DNA from: a bacterium
GTDB taxonomy: Bacteria > Omnitrophota > Gorgyraeia > Gygaellales > Profunditerraquicolaceae
NCBI GenBank assembly: GCA_004298075.1
Contig: SCRK01000054.1
Span: 1 to 50,942, forward strand
DNA length: 50,942 bases
Direction: 5' to 3'
Positions 36,001 to 48,000 of this stretch are shown piece by piece (the first letter of the stretch is position 1; each line of letters begins with the position of its first letter). The position numbers and the translations under genes are program-made. The notes beneath the pieces are model-generated. The model was not told the origin of the DNA and did no database searches. It saw only the letters and a list, made by a program, of their open reading frames with translations.

Positions 36001-39000
36001 AACCGCTTGCCGTTTGTCCGTTGGCCACGGGGAGAGAAGGCGAGTATATTTTTGCTTACAGGAAATTAATAGAGGAGGGGCTGGTTTTTTATAAAACTGC
36101 CCTGGCCAGCTTATTTTTTGTTTTTCGCAGGATCGCCCGCCAATATTTGATAGATGTGTTCGATCTGGAAAGGATGCAACAGGCGGCATACCTTGACTTC
36201 AGAGTGGCATCAAATGACACCAAGTTTGTTGAGCTAAATGAAGAATCAGCATGGTATCAGCTATTGTCATTCAGCTCTCGCGTGGAGGAGGCTTTGCAGG
36301 AGTACGGTTCCACTATAAAGATTCTTCCTGGTTGCGCAAGAGAAGCGGCTCTTGGTATTTATGTGCATCCACGATATCGGAATTTGAGGAACGGGAAATT
36401 ACTCATCTATAACCTTGATGAAATCTTGATGGCTGTTTTTCTGGAGTTTGGGTTTGAGCAGAGGGCGCGGGAAGCGCATATCTGGCCCAGAGATCATCAG
36501 AGCTACAGTTATTTTAAAGAAAAATACGGAGCTAAAGATATACCGGGTAACGGCGAATGGCTTCTTATAGGGCTGGATCAAAAAAAGAGGAATTATCCCG
36601 ATATTGGCATTATAGATGATAGCAACGGAATGGCAGAATATTTTTTAGTAAAAGGAAAAAGAGAGGGAGCAGCAGGCAGGGAATATTCTTCTTCGCCCCT
36701 CACTCCTCAAGAGCGGGCGAAATTATTATTTGAAAGCGCGGGGGTTAAAGATTTATTTGCGCGCCTTGTGCGATATAGGGTAATCCATGAGAAGTACATT
36801 TCTGATATCAGAGAAAATCTTTTTAATCTGGTGAACATGCCATTTGCTCCGAAAGATAAATTATTTGACAGCATAGATCTCTTATCCGAAGATACGCTTA
36901 TTAGCTCCATCTTGGCATTGATAAAGAACAAAAAATTGTTCAGGGGCACGGGAATGGAAGAGGCGTATTCTCTTGATGAGTTTTTGCTTAAAAGCGGCGG
37001 CAACAGGGATGATGTTAAAGGTACGTTGTCACATATTTTATTTTATTTTGTTTCAAATTTTCGTAATGAATCAGTATTTTCTGAGAGTAAGCCCGAACTT
37101 GAAAACGACCCAAAATACCTTAAAACTTCTCTTTTGGAATGGCAGTTTATTTATTCTCTTTTGAGGTTGGAGTATGTTTCAACCCATGGTTTCACTGAAT
37201 CCGGGGCTTCGCCGCTGGAAGATGCAATAGTATTTACGCCGGAGAAATTTTATATTAGTTTACAGGAGAAGGATTACCCTTTTATCCTAACTTTACCCGT
37301 TAGAAATTGCGGCGGGGTGAATCTGCCTTTCTATTTTTTAAGGGATTTGGCGTTTAAGGAACCCGTTTCTCTTAAAAAAGGGGATTTTATTGCCGCCTTC
37401 AGGAACAATGGTTTTATAACCTTGCGGATAAGCAGAGAAATTTTGGCAAAATTAAACTCTCGTTTAGAGGGCCGAGAGTATTTAAAAAATCTCGCATTTG
37501 AATGCTATTCCTTTCTTGCGCAATACGCAGGAAATAATATATCCCTTAACCCTTGGCAACAATTATTATCTTTGGACACAGAGCGCGATTGTATAAGTTA
37601 CTATGAGCGCGCAAGGGAGCCTTCCTTGGAGCAGGTTTTTGTGCGTATTAACCATAAACTAAAAGATTGTTATGCTCCGGATAAGTTTATGGCAGAAGCA
37701 AAGGATATATTCCGCCATATCTTTACCGGTGACTCCGGCATTAAGGGCCCCCTCTTCAGGGTAATTTCAGAAAAGGGATTAATGGAGATGGGGCAATTAG
37801 GCTATTATTTTGCCGCCGAAGGAGAAGTTTTTGAAAGCAAGAGAGCAGTCCTAAAGAATGAAGGGTCCCTGATTAATAGCAGAATTTTTGGGACAGCTAT
37901 TTTGGGGATTCCTGATACAAATACAGGAGTATACTTCGTAGCTGGAGCAAAGCAGGGTCTTGTTAAGGTATACGCTAGCCATTGCGTATCAGAAGGGCGC
38001 GTTAAAATAAATAAAAAATGGGTGGATTTAAAGCAATATCTGGAGAATGCGGATAATTATCAATTGCCTGATTCCGGTTCCTCACCGCTGACATTAAATG
38101 AATATGATTTGCTTTTTACCGCTATAGCTGAAATAGAGAGCGCTATCCCCGGATCTTACCCGGTATCGCAGCTACGATGGCATCAGTTCAGGTCGTTCAT
38201 GCATCAGATGCGCGATAAGCATGCCGTGAACGTTGAGATATTCTCGCTTTCGCAGGAATTGGCGGAGGGAGGGAGAGGGTTTTTACCGGTCAATTATCTG
38301 CACATAAATGATACCATTGAAAGCATTCGGGATGCTCATGTCCAGAGTTTATATCCCCGGATGAAAAGGCGCGAGAAGTCATTCTTATCGCGTGGATTAA
38401 GAAATGTTGTGCAGCACTGCCGGAATGGGATCGCTGTTGTGTTAGCCATGCCCGCGCAAGAGCATATAGCGGCCGCCATCATTGACAATGGCAGCGGTTT
38501 CCAAAATGAGCGGGGGGAAAGAATATCTATACAATCCGCAGTAACATTCGGCAGTTCATACGGATCAACAAAATCAATGGGTATGGATTTATCTTTGATG
38601 GTCGGTTCTGCCGATATTTCAATAATTATGCAGCCATCCGAGACAGGGATCTTATATCCGGCCTGGTGGGGATTTGGTAATCACTCAAACTGTTTAGTCA
38701 GCTTTAAGAACGCCAAGAAATACGGCCTGACGGTTATGGGCTTATTTTATAAGGGTAAGTTTAGAGATTTTTGGCCATGGAGGCGTCAGCTGTTCCAGAT
38801 TATTCCGGTGGCCTTAAGCATGGCGGACGAAAACATCTTTGGTGTTTCTTCCCCCCTTTCCTTCAAAGCGGCCGCGCCATTAGCAAGCCGGAATGTTTTT
38901 GGTAATTCTAAATGCGCTAGCGCTTTGAAAGTGAGAGGTCTCAATGCTATCGGTCTTAAAGATGCCCTGGGGTTATCATTAGGTTTTCTTTTTCCTGCGC

Positions 39001-42000
39001 TGGCCCAGGCTTTTTTCCCGGGCCATACCGCGCCCATGCTTGTGGTTACTATTATTGAAGCTTTGTTGTGCCGGCAGTTATTCGGCTGGAACAGTTTTCT
39101 TGGCTTTGGAATAGGCGTATTTCTTGCCGGTATGTATACAGGGTTTCCCATTACTTTATCGCTGTTATCGTTTTTAATAAGCCTCTATTATATGTTTAAT
39201 AAATGCGAAAAGATCCGTTCGCCGCTAATTCGTGCCGGGATGAATTTTCGCGATTGGGCAGTTTTAATGAAAGTACGCCTGGGCATTAAGCGGTTGATAA
39301 ATAAGGCCCGTTCTAAAGGAATGGGCGGTTTTACCGCTGAGGATCTGGTTGTGCTTTTGTATTGCCACTACTCTTATGATGCCTGGCTAAGAGACGCAAT
39401 GCTTGAAGGAAGGGTCAACTTGGTTAACGATGGTTATGTGACTTTGCGCAAGATGGCATCCAAGCAGCTGCGCGAGCTTTCGTTAAACAGGGAATTTTTG
39501 ATTAGCTTGGCCAATTTTACGGAAAAATTGTATTTTCTTTTAAGCGGGACAGCGATTATCAATAAGAAATCACGGGCTATCATCAGGAAAATAGTGGCAA
39601 AGATTGAGTCTGACCCGGCATTATTTTACGCCCGGAAACTTCCCGTATCCGGGTTGGTATCTGCCGATATTGAAGCCGCAAATTACGATTATCCTTCGAA
39701 AGATTCGTTCATTTACGAAAGAAGTGTAGTTATCTTGACGGAAGACATACAGGACGTCGCGCTTTATATCCAGAGGTTCATTGATTCCAAAGCAGACAGT
39801 TTTCCCGATGGGAAATTACCGTGGTTTGTGCATCCAGAATGCCGGATAAGGTTGAGCGTCATAAAGTTGTTTTCCGGAGGTCAACCTTGCATGAGGAAGG
39901 ATATCGTGCAAAACGTAGATTCTTTGGCTGAAACTATTTGGGATGGTTTGCAGCAGAAATACGGAATTGTACTAAAGAGCATAGAATCAGCTCATCCAGC
40001 CGCCTCTCCCCTGGCGCACAGGCAGATATTCACTAATCACATTATTTATCCGTATCTGTTACTCAGTGAAATAGGGCTGAGCGATCTAGAAGATACGAAT
40101 GCTATCGCGTACTATTATTTAAATAGGTCGAGAGCATCTGAAATAGAAGATGATTTTGAGTTTGTTATAGAGGTCTACCCTGGTTCAGAAGAAAAATTCA
40201 ATATTATATTGGAAAGAGTGAGAAAGGCAAAGAAATTATTGAAATTTTTAAGTTTACGCAGGCAGGTAGAAGTAATTTATGGAATTATGAAAAAAGAAAT
40301 TCCTAGGTTAGCTGACCCGGATGGGTATTGCGATTTTACGTCCGCGTTTCTTGCAAAATTGTTGGTTGAATTAGGGCATAACAGAATTGAGACGTGTAAA
40401 GTTAGAATATTGTGCAGAGATGGGCATTATGAGGACCATATGTTCATCCGCAAGCGGATGTTTGATAATTGTGATAATCTATATATAGACCTAAGGTTAG
40501 AACAGTTTGGGGACATCATTGACAGGTTGGATGAACTGTTCCGTTTATCCTCTATTCAGCAGCCTAATCTGAAATCTAACGTTAATATATTAAGCCAAGC
40601 CCGGACATTTTTAAGGCATTTAACATTTAGCCACAAGAATGAATACGGGTATACCTTTAAGTATCAATTTGAAACTATAGGTAAAGAAAGGGAATCAACA
40701 TTTGGGCATTATCTTCCCGCGCGTGCCGGGGGGCTTTTTTACTCCGCGGAGAAACTCATTATTGCAATTGAAACAATTCCAGGAGGGAATGAGATAGCTG
40801 TATTTTGCAGTGTCAGGATGATGCAGGAAGGAATAAATGGCATTGAACTGTTAGAGAATATTTTAGGTCTGGATAAATTTTGGGAAGATTGCCGAAGTTC
40901 ACAAGATGATAGCGGAGTGGATAACGCAAGGAATAAAATTGCTTCAAAATTGGAGAGCTTAAAAATAGATGCCGCTTTTTCCGTGGTGGCTAACGGGGAT
41001 ACCCTTCCGGTTGGCTCCAAAGACGCCTCCCGATTGGTTTCAGAAACGTCCCTACTGGCTCGCAACTCCTCGCCGCTGGTAAATATAGATTCCGAGGAAG
41101 TAGAATACCTTTCTGTAGAAGACAAGATATTTAACGAGCGGCCAGATATAATACGTGCCGTAATCAAAGAAGAACAACCTCCTCTATTTGAGGTCCAGAT
41201 CCATCCAACCAGTATCTGCAATAATAGATGTATAGGGTGCATCGGAGTAGCCATTGATAAAACCCTTAAGAATAATGTTTGTTCTCGCGCATACGTATCA
41301 CTTTCCCGTAGGCAATTTTCGAAAATCATCCAAGATATAGTAGAATATAATTCCCTCGTAACAGAAATTCCAGGGCAGCATCCTGTCAAGCGCATAATAT
41401 TTTCCGGGCTTACTGGGGAGCCACTTTGCAACAGACACAGTATTTATGCGATAAAAGAACTCGCTGAAATAGGATCCAGCATTACGCTTTTAACAAATGG
41501 AAGACTTCTTAATAATGAAGAAAAGAGGGAAACGGTAATTTCTTCTATCACCGATATTATTATCAGTTTGTACGGGGCTTCGCCGGAGACCTATGAGCTT
41601 GTTACGCGGGTAAACAGAAAAGCCTTTAGGCCTCTCATGGAGGATATAAGTAGATTGGTTCAAATTAGGAATGATAAAGGGCTGGGAAGCAAGATAGGAA
41701 TTGCGTTTTTAGTTGAGCGCGAAAACTATAAAGAAATTATTTCCGTAACAAGGGTGGCCCGCGAATTGGGAGTTGATTTTATAAGATTCAGGGCCATTAT
41801 GCAGGCTACCGAAAGTATGTTAACCTCCAGCCAGTGGGAAGAATGCGAGAAATCTATGTCTTTAGCCAAGCGCACATTTGAAAGCAATAGTTTTCAGGTT
41901 ATGATCACTTCTGATGATAAGAAAACATCGTGTAATTTACCGAAAAGTTGTTTAAACTGCGTCGCCTGCCAGATCATGCCGGTAATAGGTCCGGATTTTA

Positions 42001-45000
42001 AGGTTTACCCCTGCTCCCATCTTAGTTATATTGGCGCGGAAAGCTTCGGGCCTTTTGAGGATGATTCTTTGTTCAATTTAATGTCCGGTGCACGTAAGCA
42101 GCAGCTGATTGCCAGGATTACTTCTCAACCTACTGAAATTGTCTGTTCTCCAAGAAGAAGCAGGATAAATTCTTTTTTTGATAGGATAAAGAGTGGTAAC
42201 ATCGCCGCCTCGCCGCTGGCGCAAGGGCGGGGACAGTTCTATCGCAACTTATTGTCAAGCAACGCATTAGGCAGAAACGGTCTTGCGGGCATTTCGCATG
42301 TCCGGAAGGAATTTTTGCCTGACTTGGGTATAAGCGCCTCGCCGCTGGCGCAAGAGTCGACTTTAACGGCATCTCCATCATCAATAACAATTACTGGACA
42401 TACTGGTGATATTGGAGCCACACTATTACGATTTGCCCTAAATAGAAATTTAGCAATACATGTGCTTGCTAGAGAAGAATCCTACCATAAGTCTCTCTCG
42501 CTATTCCGTGTAAATGGAGAATCTATAAAGTATCATAGGGGAGGTTTATTATCTATATCGGCAATAAGAGAAATAGTCTATTCTACCGATGAATTATTTT
42601 ATCATCTCGCCGCAATGGTCAGCCGGGAATTTAGTCCTGAACAAAAAGCCCTGGTGTTAGCAATAAATGGTTTCGGAACAGGGCTGATTGTAAAAGAAAT
42701 AAAAGACTATAATAGAAATATTAGGTTCATTTACGCGTCCAGTCAGAGAGCCTATCAATTGCTAAATCAAAAAGAGGTGACAAAATTTATCCAAAAAGCC
42801 TATGAGAAATTTAGCAATGAAATAGGACCTTTTTTGAAATCCCCGGATGAAGTAGTCAAAGAAAAGATATTGGCAATAAGCCAATCTTTATTAGATGATC
42901 TTCCTCGGAGTGTAAATATTTACGATATTTCAAAGTTACTTGGCGAGAAGTTTGCCGAAGACCTTCCTAATATTGCGATAGCTCGCATTAGTAATGTGTA
43001 TGGGCCGGGGTTTGCAGGAAATAGATTAGTGCGAAGGCTTATCGAAGGCAGGTTTTCTACCAAAGGTACAAAGGTAGTTAATGAAACAAGAGATTATATT
43101 TATTCACATGATTTAGTTGAAATATTGTTCAAAATTGGCGCTAGCACTAATTTACCGAGAATTATCGATATTGCAACCGGAGTGCAAGTTACCATCAAAC
43201 AATTAATTAATATTATATATAAGTATACCCAAGATTGCCTGGGAGTATTAACTCCCGCTGGTACACAAAAGTCTACTTTCAAGCAGAGCGGTGATATTGC
43301 CAGGGAAATATTAGGCAGGGACTTTGAGGACTTGGAAAACGGACTGGGAAATACTATAGATGACTATAGATTAAGAGATACATTGAGCTGCGTTCATTCA
43401 GATCGCGATATTGCTGTTTTTGATATCGGAGGCGCTTCAGTGCGTACAGAAATAGGCCCTCATAATAGCTTTCTTATTAAAGCGAACGCTTTAGAAACGA
43501 CAAGATTTACGAATTATTTTACTACAGATATATTTAGTGAAACTAATGACATATTGGCTTCCCTGTGTGAAGGCAGAAGGATCTCAGTTTTCGTTGATGC
43601 AGCCATATTTGATTTATATAAAGATGCAATAAGCAGCTATTTAGTAAAACATAATATCGAATTTACTTTGTATTCTTGTGGAGGCGGAGAAAGTAACAAG
43701 AACCTGGAATCGGTTTTTTGGATAATTGATACAGCAATGGAAGATGGAAGGGATCGTAAAGCAATTTTTGTGGTAGTGGGGGGCGGTGCATTAATGGATG
43801 TTGTAGGGTTAGCGGCTCAGCTTTACAGGAGAAAAATAGATTATATTAGGATTCCTACTACTTTGTTAGGGCTTGTTGATGCAGCGGTTGGCATCAAGGT
43901 AGGAGTTAACTATAGGGGGCATAAGAACTTCTTAGGCGGTTTCCATGCTCCTCACGCCGTTATTAGCGATCCATCTTTCCTTAGTACTTTGGACTCAAGA
44001 CAAATGAGAGCCGGGGTAGCAGAAATAATAAAAATAGCGATAGTTTCCGATAGGGGTCTTTTTGAAGAAATTGAACAATGGGGAAAACAGTTAATTAACA
44101 ATGAGCCATTTCCTAGGAAAGATGAAATCATCAGGCGGGCAGCTGTTGAATTAATGAAATATCTTCAGCAAGATTTATATGAAAGAGATCTAAGGAGATA
44201 TCCGGATTTCGGGCATACTTTTGCCCCTCAAATAGAAGATATAAGTAGCTATTCAATATTGCATGGAGAAGCAGTAGGAATAGATATATTACTCTCAAGC
44301 CATATTGCGATGGAAAGAGGCATTTTGCCAACTTTTGTTTTTCATCGGATTGTCAATCTGATTAGAGGCTTGGGGTTACCTTTATTTGATGATTCAATTG
44401 ATTTTGATGGAATATGGAATAGCCTCGAGAGAACTATAGCTCATAAGGGCGGCAGGCTTTTAATGTTAATTCCTAAAGATATCGGCCAAACAATATTTAC
44501 TAATTCTTTATCCCGAGGTGAAGTTGATAGGGCCCTGGCTTATTTCAAGAAATTACATGAAGGGGAAACTGTTTCTAGCGCAATCGGAACAGCGGGCTGG
44601 TTGGTCAGCCGCAGCGCCTCGCCGCTGGCCGAAATTAGAAGTAGAGAATACTGGTTAAATATAGGATTGATAGAATCTATTTTCTATGGGATAGGAGTGA
44701 TAGTGGGCAGTTCGCGGTATTTGTCCACGGGCAGTAGATTTGTGCCTCTGGACTATATTAGCGACGTGGATGTTAACATTATACTAAACGATAAAGATGC
44801 AGATGCAGTATCGATATTTGGTGGTGTTCCGATAAGAATAATATATCCTGCTATTGAAAGAATAAAGAATGATTATGGAGCAGAAATAGAGTGGGAAGAT
44901 CCCTGTAGACTGGAAATTAAAATTCCTAACAAGTATTCATTTTATTTTCATTTTTTAGACGTTTCCTCTGTTGATCACATAATCAAAAATTGCATTTACG

Positions 45001-48000
45001 AACAAAAGTGGAATCTTAGTTATTTATATCAGTGGAAGTATACGAATCTTACAGGATTCAATATTATCGTGAAGTGGCTGAAAAGATATCTTTCGATAGA
45101 ATATTATTTTGGTGATCCGGATAGGTACAGAAATAATCGCGACGCATTCTTAGTTTGCCAAAGCTATGCTGAAATGGATAAGTTGAGAGATAGAATTATC
45201 GCATCTGGAGTTGTGGATTATTTTCTAGACAGGGGAGTGCATTGTAAATACAGGTATGTTTATATATATGAGCGCGTCAAAGAATTGCTTTTTTGTGGCC
45301 TCAGTGATGGAATGCGCAATGGCGACGAACAAGATGCCCCTGAAACGGTGATGGGTTTATCTAATAAACAGGGAATTTCAGCCGCCGCCTCGCCGCTGGT
45401 AGAATATCCATATTTGCGCGACCGTGTGGCAGTTGGAATAAGAAGGATCGCGCATAATGCGATATTTGGGCTAAAACTTGATCCCATTCTTGCATTTTTA
45501 AGCGACAAAAGGGATAAGGAAGATCAAGAACTGGTAAGAAGATTTAAATCTCTAAGAACGGATGTTATTAAAAATAGAAACGGAGAAAGAAAATGGATTG
45601 AGGAATTTGCTTATATTTACCAAGAAAGAATAAAGTTATTAAGTTTAAAGACCTACAAATTGAGGGAATTTGAATTTTCCCCCATTGAATTATTACGTAC
45701 AAGTTATGATTTTATCTGCTGCAATTCCCCAAAAGATATCTTAGATACCTATTATATAAAAGAGGCTTTTCAGGCATATCTCATGTATGTGTATAATGAA
45801 AGATTTGATTGGAAGGGACGTGGACATGTTAATGCGAATGCAATCGATTTAATTTCTATGCTAATAAACATATTTGATAATGCCGTAGAGGTGACCGGAT
45901 GGCGAAAAAGGGAAAGCATGGAAAAACATGTTGCTAAGTTTCTTGTCAGCGCTTACTGCGAAGATGATATGTTTGTTATTGAGATTCAAGATAAAGGAGG
46001 GGGCATACCTGAAATCAGCTTGGAACGTGGCAAATATGAGGATAAAGGCCTTCGTTATTCGAAAATCTTTGATTACGGGTTCTCAAGGGGTAAAAAAGGA
46101 AGCGGCATAGGTTTAGCAGAGGCATTTTTCGTCATCAGTGACCATAAGGGGACAATAGAGATAAAAAATAACCCTGGCGTAGGAGCTGTTTTTGCTATCA
46201 AGTTGCCATTGGTAGGGAGTGATTCACCCGAACGCGCCAGTGGAGCCTCGCCGCTGGAGCAGGATGCTATATCGGCTCTTAAATCAGAATTCCTCAAGGT
46301 ATATAATGTGATCAGCACGCAGGAAATATTGGATTACTTAGAGGAAGATGGTTCTCTTTTTATGCGCTATACAATGGCAGGAGTCTGTGGCAGGGTAGCT
46401 TTTTTCCATGAACGTGCAGAAATATGGTATCTCCATACAGTAATGGGGATCACGGCTCCGTATGTTTCGCAGATAAGTGGCAGAGAGTACCTTTATGCTC
46501 ATGCGTTCGCTATAGACAATGAATTTGACTTAATACAAAAAGAAGCATTTGAACAAGGGTGTCCAATATCCAAAGAGGCATTGGTATTAACCGCGCCTGA
46601 TGCGTTTATATTCCCCAATGATCCAGATGCAGTAGCAATGTTTAATTTGAGAAATTTCCTCATAGGCGCTTGGTGGGGATGCCTAAACAATATTCCTTCC
46701 GACATAGAGGCCGAAGCCGCACTTAATTTTTACCTTGCAGATGAACAAATGTTCACAGTTATAGACGATACGCAATCTGGGTTGCTCAGTAGGGATGAGA
46801 TAAAACAAGCAAGCCAGAAACTGCTGCGTCAAATCCGATTTTATAAAATAGAAATATCCAGGTTAGTTCAATATAGCAAAGAAGTGAAGTTAGGTAGGGT
46901 ATTCAGACTAATATCTCTTGCTATTATGAAAAACAATAAACATGAATTAAGAAAAATTCTACAAAGGCTGTCATTTGGTGGCTCATCTCTGATTGCATCT
47001 AAAGACAAAACTATCTACATGCAAACAGCTGATTGCAGATTATTGGATACCAACAAGGGCGCCTCGCCGCTGGCGCTTGAAAGCGGGGGTTATAAAGCAA
47101 TAAGAATCAATGGCAAGGATTATTATCCATTAATCAGTCCTAAAGGCGACCTTGAATTTAGGTTTGATATTTCGGCCATAATAAGAGAAGAGCTGTCATC
47201 CATTATAGATGATTTGCAGCAAGACATGATTAAGGAGGATACATCTTTAGATATATTTAAAGCTGGATATTGGCAGACGCGCTATCTCGAATTAGAAGAG
47301 CAAGAAATCCAGCTGATAGCCGATAAACTTAGGGAGCTTCTATTATGCGCAAACCGGATTTGCATAGCCGGAATTGAGACCCTTTCATCGTTAGCTAGGC
47401 ATAAATTTATCTTGGGTATGTTTTTGGGTAATCAGCATTGCGCTGAGCATTCGATTAAGCAGGTTAAGGCACGCCAATTATTTGAAATAATGCAGTCCAC
47501 AATGAAAAGGCTGGGTATTTCATATCCGGTATATGTCTTTGGGAGCGCGGCTAAATATGGCTTGAGAGAGGGGCATGATATAGATATCGCAATTCCGGAG
47601 GAGAGATTTTTTAGGGCGCCGACGATTAACAGATTGATTGAGAATTTAAGAATTGAGCTTTCCGGGTCTTCGTATTGGGGCCCAACCATTAAAGACAGGT
47701 TATCTTTAGCGGAGCTGACCGAGAAGAGGCCGGATTTCAATCCATTCCTACACGGTATTATTTATCGAATTTCATCCGATTCTATTACCCCGATACAGGA
47801 TTATAATGAGCTACATGAAACCATAAGAAATGATACGCATGGCGCTTCGCCCCTGGTGCGCCATAGCGTACAGGAAAAAGTTATAGGTCTAAAAGATTGG
47901 CACGGTTTTATTCCCGCATTAAAACAAGAGCTAAATAAACAAGATTACCGTAAGGATTACGTAGTTATTAGGGTTTTTAAGGCAAATAGGATCAAGGTTT

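Noticed and set aside
40739-41431. 230-aa minus-strand ORF
   Set aside because: It is antisense to the + strand region encoding the SSPL motif at 41067 and the radical SAM C-x3-C-x2-C at 41217-41240. It has no motifs of its own, so it is a shadow ORF.
47059-47076. GC-rich hairpins at some motif copies as intrinsic terminators
   Set aside because: The stems are only 5-6 bp, no U-tract follows, and they lie inside a continuous ORF. They are kept only as a possible RNA-structure feature in the findings.
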